A DNA stretch of 64,000 nt from Octopus sinensis (GCF_006345805.1 NC_043003.1:111104001-111168000); one strand, 5' to 3'. Positions 13,170-28,021 are shown, numbered from the stretch's first letter. The notes: generated by a model not told the origin, from the sequence alone. Made by a program: numbers and translations.

Positions 13170-14090
13170 GCTCTTTGTATCACCGTCATCACCACTCGAG
13201 TCCCAGTTTACTTCATCCAGTGCCTCCATGATGGGTAAACCTGGCATGATTTACAAGGCCACGTCGGGAATGGAAGTTTCAGGCATTGATTGCATGGCAG
13301 GGCGGGTGGTTGTCTCAGCTGGAGCTGCCGGATTTTGTGTTGCTTTCTTTTTACTTCTTCAGTATTTCTCCTCTGTTCGAAAGTGGAACAACTGAAATGA
13401 ATTGCTCTTCGCCAGGATGGAGGTTAAACGGCCGTTGCTTCCCATGTGTTACTGTTGATTCAACCTTGAAGGAGGGAAAACTTCAGTTGCTTATTGAATA
13501 CGTGATTTAGAGTTACTCGATATCGTTTACCGTTGACGAGCTCACTACTGAGGATGATCCCGGGAATCTACAATTACCCATTCGGATGACAGATCCTGAA
13601 CCCTTGAAGCAATTCTTGAGGATGGCAGCTTCACTGCTTGGCATTTCTCAGCGATTAAGTACTTCGTTGTTGGTGCATAGGTCCTGCTATTTGATATTGA
13701 AGATCTGCTGGAGCTAGTTTGTTAGAAACGCTCATTTTTTTTTCAGGCCTTTTTGATACAAGGCTCAGGTCTCTGAAGCGTAGAGTAAGGTGGAGATGAC
13801 AACAGCATGGATCATTATGAGAATTGTTCGGAGAAAGAGCCCATGGTTGATGAATGCACGCTTGTTGAGTGTTCAAAAAATTCAATGAGCAGGTTTGGTG
13901 CGATGAGCGATGACACTTTAACACATTATGGATTGTGGGAAGATGCGCCGGAGGTAATGGAAATCATTGGTATCATCCAGAAGAATTTACACTATGTCGA
14001 TGGTAACCCCTGGTATTTCCTTCCAGGAGCAGGCTACGCAAGCATCTTCATTTTGTACGCTTTCACTTTCATCTCAGTAGATTAATAGGC
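13170..14090 (-). mobile_element. RTE-clade LINE 3' fragment (decayed)
   Basis: PAPG, LDDTNDFHYL, HAVVISTLLYASET*ALY, QIFNIK.QDLCTNNEVLNR, GSVIRMG and a terminal CNQC..F...GL.NH.R zinc-knuckle-like motif typical of RTE/BovB-like ORFs. Confidence 0.85.
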
Positions 14091-14393
14091 TACGGTGACG
14101 AAAGCCGCAGAGCAGCAGAAGTCTGGAAAGAAGGACGTAGGAGTGGAACTTAAAGGACCCTACCATTAAGCTCAGGTGTTGTTTGTCTTGGTGCATGATG
14201 ACAATGTAACGCATATATATCGTTGTGATGTATGTCCCTCGTTTACTCTTATCAATCATGATTGATATATTAAGCTTGGTATATATGTGCCCCAGTGTCC
14301 ATTTGGTGGCATGCGCAGCTCTCACGCAATAATAATAGTAAAAGCAGCAGCAGCAACAGTAGCAACAACAACAACAGCAACAACATCAACAGC

Positions 14394-14433
<40 letters not shown>

Positions 14434-17400
14434 GACTCCTATGTAAGTAACAGATAAGAAAGTTTATTAAAAGATGCTAGAGTCACAGCAAGACATAGGG
14501 AATCAAGAATACCAAACGAACTAAATAAATGGAACAAAGAACATATATTTTATTCTTTTCTTTTTACACACACATACACACACATACATACTCGTACACA
14601 TATAAAATCTATTGCGATTTAATAAAAAAAATACTTAAAGTGACATACACATCAGTGTGTCAGAAATATAGAGTAAATTGTGAGATTAGGGAATTTTAAT
14701 AATCATCAAATCATCTCAAGAACAGAGAAGGGCAGTAGAAAATTATATAATTTCAAAATTCTAGTTGGAAAAAGTATTTGTAGATATATCAATAGAACAC
14801 GCTATAATACCAGAAACAATACCTATCAGTAACAGACGGTTTAACAATTTTAATTCTCAAAACAAATAAAACGGCAAAATAATAAAACATTCGACACGGT
14901 AACTGATTTCTTCGAGCGTGCAATACCTTAAGTTTAAAAAGCACCGCTTTGGCTAAATGATTAACCAAAGAAAAGATTAATTATCCCCAGAACCATTGAG
15001 ATCATGTGATTGTAAAATATTAATTATCGACAAAATCATAAGCGTTTATTACTTTAAGTCTTTATTACTAGAAATATTTCCTCCTTCGACCACGGATCCT
15101 GGAAGCACTAGCCATCTAAGATTATCTCAAACAAGTAATAAATATTTAATAGTACATGGTAAAATAAATTATGAGACAGAAAGAAAAGAGAAAATAGTAT
15201 AGAGTGCAAAAAGAGAAATATTTGATACTGAAAACCATCTGGCGAATGAATAGCGTTCTCTAAATGTGAATCTTTGAATTATAAGTTAACATACTACACC
15301 GACGATAATTATCATGTGTATTAAATCCCCAACGAAATTCCCTAAATACCTTTGAAGATAGGAACAACAGATGCAATGTCCTCTTTCAACACTGTTCTTA
15401 TTGTATAGATAGACTTCTTTCGCATAACACATTACGGAACAAATTTTATCTTTATTAAGAGATATATTTCTTCATATAAAAATATATCAAGAGTAATTCA
15501 ATGTTTAATAAAAGAACATATTTTCTTAATATTTCCTGCTTGATATTTACTGACGAAAATACATTGTTAACCCAGACATGATGGAATATAGAACAATTGA
15601 TATTTAAAATAAAAAGAAAAGCTAATGTGAAAATTAATGGAGCTAGATAAGCAAAATTGTATCATTTGTTGGGAAGTGGACTCTGCGAATCTAAAGTTGA
15701 ATGATTATTTTATTGGCTCCTTGGATCTCAGCCTTCACTAAAGAAGGCTGGTTAAAATATGTGATATAACAAGATTTCGTAACTACAGAATACACACATG
15801 CACAGACGCACAGATATCACAATCCCACCACAAATATATGTATATATGTTTATGCATATATACAGAGATAGAGATAGTGGGGGTGTGGTGAAAGATTTGA
15901 ATAGTTACATATATATATTTTAGAAATCGTCATAAATTGACTTGACCGAATGTATGAATGCAGTCTGAAAGAACAAACTTTCCACTTATAACTTTAGTAA
16001 AAGCTTTAAATCTGGCAGACACTATCATTACACTGGCAATTAATTTTGAAAGTGACGTTGATTTAAAGTCTTTAATTGTCTCTCATTGAAGATAAGTCTC
16101 TTTGTTTCCTAATTTCTTCTCCATCTTATCAAATAGTACAGTACATATCGGTGTAATTTACTATCATTAATGTCTGAAATGTCGATTAACCAATTGGATT
16201 CAGCGAACAGACTGTTGTGTGAACTAATACAAGACCATAGATAAACACATACATTCAAGTTTTATATTATTACTAACACGTCTGCTTATATGTGTGGTAA
16301 GTAGGCTATACTACAGTACAGGAGGAATCATTGGCAAGGGCGTCTTGGAAAGGATGCAGAAGAGAAAATGAATATAGGACATACCCAAGGATCAATAGAT
16401 TTAAAAGGAAGAAGAATTGCAAATATTTAGAATATCTGGTAACTAAAAGAAATGGTAAGCAAAAGAAACTCACTGAACAGAGCACTTCTGAAAAATTAAT
16501 GCAGACTACTTACGTTCCGACAGTAATCTAAACTGACCTTGATAATGAAGATAATGACGAGAAGGAAGAGGATGAAACTGAAGAGGCGGGTATTTGTGAA
16601 TTTATAGAAACGTTAAGTTGACGAATTATCACATTTCATTATTTCGTTAAGATGTAGAGGAGAACATGCGTTTCAATAATGTAAACAAATAAACCCATAT
16701 GTTAATAATTATGTCAAGTAATTTTATTCTATTTTTTTTCATTTTGCTCCTTTCATTTGCTTTTCACCTATTTTCTTGAAAACTTTCCAAAATATATTTA
16801 TAACAAAATTTTCCCAAACAAGCAAGACAAATTCTAATCCGAAATACGTCAATGACATTTTTTATACAGATACCGTATTGCTTCTATAATGTAACCGTGT
16901 GACATTTAATTTGATTAAACCAACAATGAAGCGGTTCATTTTTCTTTAAATTTGCTAAAATTAGTTAAATTTCGCTCCAATCATGCCTACTTTTATTTAA
17001 AGAGGTAAACACATTGTATATCATATTCTTAGATACATTGCCTCTGCAAAAATGTAGATGTCTGCAACTGGAATGACATTTCCCAGATATATGTTCGATG
17101 AAGGCTAAAGTAGAACTAATCAAAATTAACATCAGCGACGATAATAACAGGAGGAGCAGCAGCAGCAAATGCACAGAAACAGTAACAGACAAAAAAAAAG
17201 AACATAATGTATAAACAATAATAAATGTACGACTATTTAATTTGCTTTTAAGTATTATTGTAAATGTCTGCGTTCTTGTTTTCAAGTAGACGAACGCTTA
17301 AGCGCTCTCGGCATTGTTTCCATGAGTCCAAACATCTATTCTCAACAGGCGTGAATAATAGTTTACTGTCTCTGTACATCTTAGTGCTTGTCGTAAATGG

Positions 17401-17447
17401 AAATATATGCGAACTGCAAAATTTTTCTACCTTCATATACATGTACG

Positions 17448-17490
<43 letters not shown>

Positions 17491-17566
17491 GTGTCTGTGA
17501 TTGTGTGCCTGCGCCCGTGTTTACATATATGTATGTATATGTATTCATGTATATATATATGTATAT

Positions 17567-17630
<64 letters not shown>

Positions 17631-17633
<3 letters not shown>

Positions 17634-17703
17634 GCGGCGGGAACTTCTGCCCTTCTACTTATATACAATATATACTGAACTTCACAGAAGTTCCCGCCGC
17701 TAA
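17631..17703. repeat. 73-bp miniature inverted-repeat unit (perfect 19-bp arms)
   Basis: ttagcggcgggaacttctg (17631-17649) / cagaagttcccgccgctaa (17685-17703) with a 35-nt spacer. Confidence 0.85.
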
Positions 17704-17782
17704 TAGTCATATTTACATACCGAAATCTACCGGTAAATAATTGTTGGTTGTCTGAAAAACCATCGAAGAAATTATTTACCCT

Positions 17783-17822
<40 letters not shown>

Positions 17823-17892
17823 CCTCATAAACACACATAAACACATACACATTCATACAAACACACGTCACAGACACGTACTTGTCATTTAT

Positions 17893-18090
17893 TACCTTTT
17901 ACTTGTTAGAATAGCGGTCATGCTGGGGCAGCACTTGGGGGAATTTTAATCCAACGATTTGACACCAGTACGTATTTAAATTTTAAGCTTGGTACGTATT
18001 CCATCGACACATTTGTCACACAGCTAAGTCAGGATAACATAAAGACATCAATACAGATTGTCAAGAAGTGGTTGGGGACAAACACAGACA

Positions 18091-18136
<46 letters not shown>

Positions 18137-18270
18137 GGCACTTAGACACGACGGGTTCCTCTCAGTAAACATCTAGTAAATCTGCTTCTAGTAAAGGACT
18201 GCCACGCAGCAGTAGGAATGGGCTTGGATTCATGTATTTGGTCTGCAAACCTCTTACCACACGGTCATGA
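17893..18270 (-). mobile_element. Diverged copy of the main tRNA-derived SINE
   Basis: Reverse complement contains a head (gtgtggtaagaggtttgc..), an internal (TG)n tract, tttgtcccc..cttgacaa and the gccccagcatgacc tail. Confidence 0.6.
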
Positions 18271-21200
18271 GTGCGCCTTTATATGTATCTGTGTGTATGT
18301 ATGTATGTGTGTATGTATGTATGTATGTATGTATGTATGTATGTACGTATGTATGCATGTATGTATGTACATCTCCTTTATGTTTTGATCATAACGAATC
18401 TTCTGCTGAGGAGGGAGCTGGTTTCCAACAAAGATGCAAGGCTCCATCTTTGGGATGTAGTTAACACAGACAAATTCCCATTTGGAACTGAAAAAAAAAA
18501 GTCTTGCATATTTTCATCGTTCCACTTAAAGATTGCATTTGCAATATATGAATTAACCGATCGAACTCTCTGAAAATCCCAGTTTATCCAGATTCATATG
18601 AATATATTTTGTGTTACGCCAAGAAGCGGGACGATATAAACATTTCCAACACGATTGAAATACAATATTGTACACCAAATCGTTGTTAGAGTATCTGCAT
18701 AAGTGAGGTTTAGAACGATTAATTTGTACTGTCATCGAATCGCATAAGCGTTGATGATGAAGTGAAACCGAACAGTGATATTTTGAAATCATATAATACG
18801 CACTGTCTGTCTGCTTAATATGTAATATATAAAATGCGAACAACATCTATTGCCTAAGAACCACGTCATTATTCTAAAACCTTTAACTGAAAAATGTGTT
18901 AGGTAATGGCTGCATTTCCTATTATTGTATATCATGCAGAACTGAAAGGTTAATATTAAATTATTTCAAAATAATCATATGTATTGACTTTCCAATTAAT
19001 ATTTGATATTTATAAATATTTATAAATATTTCATTTCTGTTAGGTATGATATTTAAAAAAAAACATATATTTCTATATTTCTTGGCTGGAATTAGAAAAC
19101 ACGAGTGTATACATGGTTAAAATATATTCTCAACAATCTTGTGTTTCCAGTCTTATCTCTGCGAGCAGTTTTGGTATGAGTCTTCTGCAATGTTCATATA
19201 CATCTCATGTGAGATTGGACACAATAAATATATATGTGCATAGAATACCTTTCATACAATATAAGCTAATGTTCTTGTTTATCCGTTGAGATTGTTTATA
19301 CAGATTTCAGTCATTAAATATATAAAATATGATATGAAATTTATATGATATACAAACTTTACTTAACTGTTTTCATAAAAATATGTTAATGTGGTGTTTT
19401 GATGTAGAATTCATGAGTATTATTGATAAAACTTTACATAGATAATAAAAAATACTATTGCGAATAAAACGGATTCTTGTAAAATTGTTATGTAAATTAG
19501 TCATTCAGCAATATATTTATATCTTGCAGATTATAGTGAAAATTATACAGAAATTTGCATTTATGTTTGGTCACAAAAACGAAATTCTTTAATTTTTTCA
19601 TCTCCTGCAGTCACCTCTCTAGAGCAACTCTGTTGTAGAGTTTGTTTATTATACATATCTATACACATAGAGAGAAAAGACAAAATGAAACCATTGCTGC
19701 CCGAAAATACAAATGAAAATGTCGATTCTCTCACATCTTTCCTAAACGTTTCATTCAGATACCAACTCGCAATGTGACACGACGTTGCTGCTAAAACAGT
19801 ATGCAATGTCATCGGAGATAAATAGCTGTCCTTAGATAAATATAGGGAACATCCTATCATTGTATACATGCATAAACATGAAAGCGTGGGTAGAGATCTG
19901 TTATCCTGCTGATGTGAATATCTCTTGAAAAACTTGAAGGGAAAGAGTACAATCATAGCCAAACTACTTCGAAATCTTTAGCATCTATACCCTGTTTATA
20001 TCTTCATAGTTTTACCAATAATAAGCTATTTACTGTGATATACTGAAGGAGTTGCGGTTTTAAGAAAATGAAATCAACTCGATGCCTTACACATTGCAAA
20101 TAAATTTTTAAGTACAGAGAGGGATGGCGAGACGAAATACCTGCTTCTGTATAATTTTGGAAATAATGACAGCCATACACACACACAATCACACACACAC
20201 ACACCACACACACACACACACACTCACACACATAGGTTTTTTTCACTTCCTGAAGAGAAGATTGCATTGTTCTTAACATGTATTCTTTTGAATAATATCA
20301 GTAGAATTTTCGAAACATGTGACGAAAGTAAAAATATTTGATTTATACCTGCGTTAAACTCCATTTATTTATTCATATATTATACAAAACATTCCACGTA
20401 AACACAACATTTCTACCTTTATAAACAAGGAGTTACAATCTCTTTACTTGTGAGATTTTTTGCTACCCTGGTAACTATTTATTTATTATTTCCGTGTTAA
20501 TTGTTAACAAGGCAAAAATACACTCATCTATTTATATATATCATAACATGTATATATGTTACCAGTTGGTTGCATGTTGGTCTCATTGAGACAGGTTCAT
20601 GTTCTTTATTTGGTTCGTCGGTACTTGATGTTGTAACGAAACCAAGCCTGTTTCATGTCAAGAGTGTTTTGTGAACATTCAGTATGATAAAGAAATAGTA
20701 TCCACAGTAAAATTAGGATTGTCAACGATTATGTCAACATAACTATGTATATATAATATATGGGTGTATATATATATATGGCTTGTATGAATGTATGCCT
20801 ATTTCCATTAAATATGAATGAAACTCGACAATGAAGAGGACGCTATTGACAGAAAGATATTACGTTCTTTGTCACTAGTCGTCTTTTAGTTTTGTACTGC
20901 TTATTTAACTAAAGAATATTACTTCTGTTGCACAAACGGTTATCACTATAAAATATTTTGTGCGTGCATTTTTTGTGCTTTCACTTTCTTTTTTTCATTC
21001 TGTCTAACGCAAAACTAAACTCACACACATCGATACTACATACGTTGAGCATTCATTACCTATTTTAGCCTGCAATATACAGTTGCTATAGCAGCATACT
21101 GTTACTATAAGGTCCCGATTTGGTTCGAGTTTGATTGAAACTTCTAATTCCTACATATGTTCTCGATCTTCGACATAACGTTGAGATCGCACCCATATGG

Positions 21201-22466
21201 AAGAAGTTACACATGGCAGGAACAATCACGTACCTCTGTGTACCTCCTGCTTTCAAACTCAAAAGTTTAGGTAGATTTCCTCTAACAACGTGAGCTAATG
21301 TTTCCGTATACAACTTTAAAAGGGACATCATAATTTTGGGCGCGTCTCACTGCTGTTGTTAAATTCTTTGCCATGTGTAATGATGCTATGAACTCGAACT
21401 GATTTTGCTCTCAAGATGTAGCTCCACAAAAAGATTTACCTTCAAGATTTATTTCCACAAAACGTTAATCGAATATACATCTGCTTTAGTGGAAGAAGCA
21501 CTATGAAACCAGTATGATCTTGTAACATGCATACGCAGCTACGCACATACATATATGCTTACGAATGTCTGAGTGTGAGTGTGTATGTTTGCGTATGTGT
21601 GTGTGTGCATGTATGTGTGTTTGGATGAGCCACAATGGTTATATTCCTATATGTGGATGTGGTTGCGTAGACGAATGTAAAGAAAAATCCTATACAAATA
21701 TTTATCTGCCGTTCTATCATTGATTTCGTTTCTCAATTATTGGGTCTCTATCAGTTTAAAGCTATAGACACATGGCTTTATTATGCCTTAAGTGAAATCT
21801 ACTAAACTGCCTATATCATCTTTAACACGTATTTACAAACGACTCGCAGTCCGCCAAATATCTACGAATTATAAAGATTACAAAGTCTACAATTGTTCGA
21901 ATAATTGTTCGTTGTGAGAAAACAATGGAATCTATTGACGTAATAGAAATTGACCTTGTGTCTGGAGAGCAAATTTTGGCTTTCTGCATGGAATAAACGT
22001 GTGCATGTTACGGGAATATTAAAACACTGATTTATCATTATTTTTCAATCATATAATAAAAAGTGAGATAAATTCGGAATGCATTAGTTTAGACATATAG
22101 TTTGCAATTAACAAAATTTATGTCTTATGTACATTGTTTGTACAAATGATGTAAGAGTGTATATATAGTAGGATAAGAAAAAGAGTATTTATTTTGATGG
22201 AGGGAAAAGAGAATTAACCTCGATTTTAAAAGCTACACTGAGAATAAAATAGACATCTAATCACTAATGTCCATATACAGCATATCCTTGTTGTTAGTGT
22301 CTAGTCCCAGATGTTTTTAAATGGTCAGATGTTCGATACAAGTCATTCAGTTCATGGCTACTAGCATGTATTGTTTTAATCGCATTTATTCAGCTACATA
22401 TGTGTGTATAATATGTAGAGGAGAAGGAACGGCAATAGTGCGTAAATTTATGATATGGTATTATAG

Positions 22467-22627
22467 TTGGGAGCGGTGTGTCAATTTGCTGCAGGACGAA
22501 CTACTGTACTAAGCCTCACTCATCGGTCAAATATCGCATTCCATTTGATCTTATGTTCCTAACAACTTTATTTTATGTTGCTGTTTCTATCAATGATTCA
22601 GCACGCCCTGAACTACTGCATGGCTAG
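22467..22627 (+). CDS. Candidate terminal exon of a Ly6/uPAR (three-finger)-like GPI-anchored protein, or chance ORF
   Basis: After ttatag|, phase-1 translation gives (V)GSGVSICCRTNYCTKPHSSVKYRIPFDLMFLTTLFYVAVSINDSARPELLHG*: a CCxxNxC motif followed by a spacer and a hydrophobic stretch. The acceptor is weak and no upstream exons were identified. Confidence 0.25.
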
Positions 22628-23568
22628 CTTGAAGCAAGATTCAAGGTTTTCATGTCCCTTTCCTGTGCTATAAATGTTATTTGATTAACAAAATGCAAAT
22701 GCATATTATACACTTTAGATTGAATCACTACAGCTCAATAAAAATACATGGTATGACTTTATTTGTAAATCATAACTAATTTTATTTGCAAAATCAAATT
22801 CTGAAATTTTGCATTTCCTATCATGCTATTATTAATCGGATTTGAATGTAATTAATTTGCTAATTTTACTAATACTTCCCTAACGAATAGAAATATTATC
22901 TGAGCCAACTTTGTGCGTCGTAGCAGTTTGCTGCTGTTAAAGACGATTAAATTTCTGCGACTAAACTGGATTGCCTGTAATTATTATATCCCGCAGGATA
23001 TTGAGTGCTGCATGCTTAATAAATCTGAAGGTCGCCTATGCCATTCACAGTGGTCACTCGATCTAAGAGAAATAGCTTATAAATTTCCCTAAAATCACCC
23101 CCCTCCTTTTCAGCGAGGAACGACAGTTTCTACTAGAATTATATGTACCAATATCATACATATTCATTGTGTATATATAACATAGGCAAAAGAATTGTAA
23201 CTTACATTCTAATACTATCAATAATGGTGTCTTATAATATTGTACATTTACACAATATATTCCTGTATGGCTGCTATAGCCACAAAGTTTCCTTTATATT
23301 TATTTATTCATATATTTTAGTGAAAGAGATCATCGTGAATTGAAACAATCCCCAAAATACGTCAAACCATTTGCATCGAATTTTCTCATATTCGACATTA
23401 CAAAAAGCACCAAAAAACAGAAAAGTCTAACGTGTAATTTTTTTCCACCTGACAAAGATGAAATTGACGGATAAACCAAACAGAAAAGTACAGGGTTGCT
23501 GTTTATATGCTACATATAATTCGAAAGTATAATTAATTTGAATGATAAATAGTATTAATGATAAATAA

Positions 23569-23745
23569 GGCGGCGAGCCTTATTTAACACGACGGTCGAA
23601 ATGCTTTTAAGCATTTCGCCCGTTTTCACTGACCCATTTCGGGGTCGATAAAATAGTTGCCGCTTCAGTACTGGAGTCTAATTAAGAGATCGACTTACAC
23701 ACTCACCCGAAAATGTAACCTTCTGCTAAAATTTGAAATCAGTGA
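23569..23745 (+). mobile_element. Second SINE family, decayed
   Basis: ggcggcgagc..cgaaatgctt..gcatttcg..tttcggggtcgataaaa..gtactgg..atcgact; not alignable to the main SINE. Confidence 0.5.
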
Positions 23746-25679
23746 TATTGATAAATAGAAAATTGGTGGTAGTTACTATATAAATGGTACAGTAAAAAGG
23801 AGGCAAAATATTACCGTAATAAATTACACTGCTATTGAAACTATAAAAAAAGTCTATATTTGTGTTAATACTTATGAGTATTATGCATACATACATTATA
23901 TATGTGCGTGTGCATTTTTATATATTGTTGACAACATAAATGTGTATAATGTTTCGAGACAACGGGATATAATTCATTTTCCAAGAGTGGACATTTACGT
24001 ACATAAAATTGAGAATAATAGAATATAAATATTTGTTTGAAAACCTTCCTGCATAGGATACGTCGAAGGTCGTCTTTTTAGATATGAACTGATTGATAAT
24101 ATTTTAATAAATAAACGTATCATAAGTGAAAACATTTTTCTATATAGAAATACAAAAATGTAATATCTGTACAAATCCAGAAAGAAGATTAATCTTCGAA
24201 GTGTCTTTGCGTATTGTTTTTTTGTATCTGTTATGATCGTAAAACGTATGTTTACCTATACCAGCTATATGTGTGGGGATTATAGAAAGATTGTGGTTTG
24301 TATTCTGCAAACGGATTGTTAAAAGCTGTACGAATATAAAGCTGAGCTGTAGAACGCAAAAAATACAGCTCAGATGGAAAAGTGTAGAAACATGTATGAT
24401 CATAATTTTGAAGAAAACTTAATAAGAAAATTAATTTCTACAAAAGTTTAACATTAAAACAGTTAGCCAGTGAAATAAATGAATAAGAGGGACAATTATT
24501 AAAGAACACAAGAATACGATAAAAGATATGCAAAATAAAATCTATGCAAAAACAAAAATAAATTAAGCATGTTCACTCCTTAATTATTGATGATGATGGT
24601 GGTGGTGGTGGTGGTCGTCATCATCTTCGTTGTCGTCGTCATTGTGACATTTTCTTTGCGTGGCCGAAAACCATGAAGATGGGCCCGGCCTCAAATGGCC
24701 ATATAAACCGATCCTTGGCCTTGTAAGGCTTTTTTTCTTGACAGTACTTAGTAGTTTTAAAATTACAGTCAACGCAAATTCATCTATTATATATTCATTG
24801 AAGTCTGACGACATTGGCTCAGTAGGCCAACAGAGATACGTATCTGCAGTGACCAGGAAGTTCTAGGTTTTACACCGGAGTTGTATTATCTTAGGCAAAC
24901 TGCATTAGAATTTCAGAGACGTCCATCTACGCTTGAGTTGCCGGCGTGTGTCAGAGAGAGCAAGTGACAGCCCGAGGGAACCTACTACTTGATTTTCTGT
25001 CACTTTTAACTCACAAGGAACTCACGAATCATGCCTATTAGAATGTACCTAGAACCGTCAGTGCTGCAAGTACTCCGGGTCAAATCAGACCTCAGAACAA
25101 TAGTAGAGAAAGGGTCGGTTCCTTTTTCTTCAAAATCCTGGAAATCTCAGACCAAGTTTTTACTGCTAGATGTAGTTTAAATTTTATTGCTAGTATGGGG
25201 AAAAGTAGATTTGGTCGAGCACGAAACAAAACATATAATTTAGGGGTATGACAGAGAAAATACCTTATGGTACTTCGTTCCAGCCCTTAGTAATTAGAAT
25301 TCAAATCCTCCTGACGATAACTTTATTTCCAGGTGTTATACCATTACTAAATACAGAATTTATTGCTACACGAAAATAAATGCTATAAGTACATTAGTCA
25401 TACCAAATATAAAACATATTCTGGAAAATTATATCTAATGTAAAATTATTTGGCCGTTAATCAACCCAGTTTAATATTGCATTAAGAATTAGAGTATACA
25501 ATGTTGTTACCGGTGGGAAATTTCTACTATATGCAAATAGAGAAAATATATAAAACCATATACAATTTATTAAAATCAAATCATCCGCTGCCTTCGAAAA
25601 TACTGAGATGATAAAAAAAGCTTATATTATATGAAAAATATATTTTACTCTCTGCTTGTCTGAAAATGAATAAATATAT

Positions 25680-25681
25680 AT

Positions 25682-25738
<57 letters not shown>

Positions 25739-25917
25739 TATATATATATATATATACATATACAAGTGTGTGTGTACATATACATATTAATTTATATATA
25801 TGTATATATATATATATGCATATATACGTATATATAAACATACATATATACGTGTATATATATATATATATATATATTCATACACATATATATATATATA
25901 CACACATATATATACAT

Positions 25918-25949
<32 letters not shown>

Positions 25950-26005
25950 TATATATATATATATAATATATATATATATATACGGAGAGAGAGAGAGAGA
26001 GAGAG
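25680..26005. repeat. (CA)n-(TA)n-(GA)n compound microsatellite
   Basis: Directly visible. Confidence 0.95.
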
Positions 26006-26194
26006 CATAAGAGCATTGCAAAAATAACAAAAGAAAAGCTTAATAATAAAACCTAAACTAGGTAGTCAAAAGTATTACGAGAAAGAATTATAAGTGTTCA
26101 ATATCAGCGAAGATACTATTGATTAAAAAAAATCAACATTAAGAAAAACGGTAAATAGAGAGAGAGACATAGTGATAGGAAGAAAGAGAGATAA

Positions 26195-26242
<48 letters not shown>

Positions 26243-27814
26243 CATTAAAATCTCATTATAGCTTAAAAGCTTTGAACTGACGAGAGAAGTAGGGGACATG
26301 ATTTGACCGCTGAGGATCAATACTCGGTTGAATATAGTTATGAAGATGCAATTACAAGGAAAATAAACAGAGTGTAGCCGGCACATGAGCAAACAATAAA
26401 CCATTTTATGTTGGTCTTTTAAAATCCTAACGACGATTTAAATACATCTCCACAGATTTAATGTCTGTTCCTTCGGAAATATGCTACAAAATATTCCATT
26501 ATTGTAAAATTAGAAGAGGGAAATATAATTTTTAAGTACTCCGTATCATTTATCTATGGCAATTTTATACCTATATCGGTATAAATTTCAGTCTTATTTC
26601 TACTAAGCTACTAATCATAAAAAGAATACATTTATTTATTGCGTAAAATAGAAAGTGCAGCATCCAGGATCTTCTACTACCATACTACATCTACGCAATT
26701 TTGGCTATTAATATTCTGTTTAAACTTCAGTAGTTCAGGAAAATAGTGCAGGAAAATACAGAAGCGAATGGAAGATACAAGAGGGCTGGGCGATAAGGAT
26801 GGGCATAATAGTGAGTACAGAGCAGTGGGTATTGAATAGATTGAAAGTGATGAGAAATGAAAATGCCGAGTGTGTCACAGATTCCTCAGTGACAGATGTA
26901 GGAGACCAGGCACTTTCAAAGAAAATTATTATATTGATTGAAAAGAAAAGGAAAAAGGAGAAAGAATATCGTTAGCAATGAATATTAATTAGTCGAACGT
27001 CTCTTCTTTTGCTTGCGTGAAATGTAACAACACCATCCCTTAAATATGATCATTACGCCTTTGTGGACCTGAGTTGAACAGAGTAAACGAAGAGGTTCAT
27101 TCTACCACACAAGTTGTTTATAACTATACTTGTTTTGTCTTCAATCTGCTGTAGACAGTAAGTATTGAGTGGTCTAAAGTCAAATGATTGAAAAATATAT
27201 AGAACAGCACAGGTTTACATGGTACATAGTTGTTATAACATCACTTTAAAAGAAACATAAATCTCATATGCGAGAACGGAGGAAACTCGTGAAGAAGTCC
27301 TTTCGAAACAATGCTAATAATAACTCTAAGACAGACTGTAAGCGGCAACAGATCAGTAATACATAAATTGATAGATGGATTAAAATAATTGTGTGTTTTC
27401 GACTGAATTATACCAGTCACATATGGGGAAAGTCAGGAGCAAAACACTTGTCCACAGTTCGTGGTAGCCAAAGAAAAAGTAACAGAATGACTAGTGTATG
27501 TGTGTGTATATATATATATATGGAGAGAATGAGAGACATAAACACAGAGGAAGTGAGAGAGAGAGACCCACACACAACGCACACAGATACACACACACAT
27601 ACGCACGTACACACAGTGTGACAGAATGACATACAAAGATTAACACACACACGTACATACATACATATATACATACATACACATATATACATATATATGT
27701 GTGTATATGTATATATAAGCATTAATAAATCTCTGTATATACACTAGCAGAGATACCTAGCGTTAGTCGAGATTAAAAATGGCATAGTATTTTTATATCG
27801 TTTTACATATTTCG

Positions 27815-27965
27815 GTCACGTGACTGTGGCTATAACGGACCGCCACCTTCAGGCGCTGAAATCGACCCTAGGGTTTATTCTTTGTAAGACTAGTAGTTAT
27901 TCTGTCGGTTTGCTTTGTCAAACATCGGTTCTCAAGAGAGGGCGGGCCTACAAACACAGAAGCAC
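27815..27965 (-). mobile_element. 3' fragment of the main SINE
   Basis: Reverse complement matches ..cttacaaagaataa..gggtcgattt..aaggtggcgg.. of the 36.1 kb copy. Confidence 0.5.
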
Positions 27966-27978
27966 ATACAAACAAATA

Positions 27979-28021
<43 letters not shown>

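Noticed and set aside
16331-16531. Possible further RTE fragment (KYLEYLV..NG)
   Set aside because: A single weak motif with no colinear support.
24590-25140. GC-richer block ending in a (GAT/GGT)n tract, possibly a retroelement 3' end
   Set aside because: No interpretable translation and no homologue within the window.
26754-26975. 78-codon open frame (ENSAGKYRSEW..)
   Set aside because: Purine-rich low-complexity sequence, open on both strands, with no motif.
27085-27157. SICCR|gtaagt, echoing SICCR at 22481
   Set aside because: The frame has an upstream stop, no Met or good acceptor, and no downstream Cys; probably coincidence.
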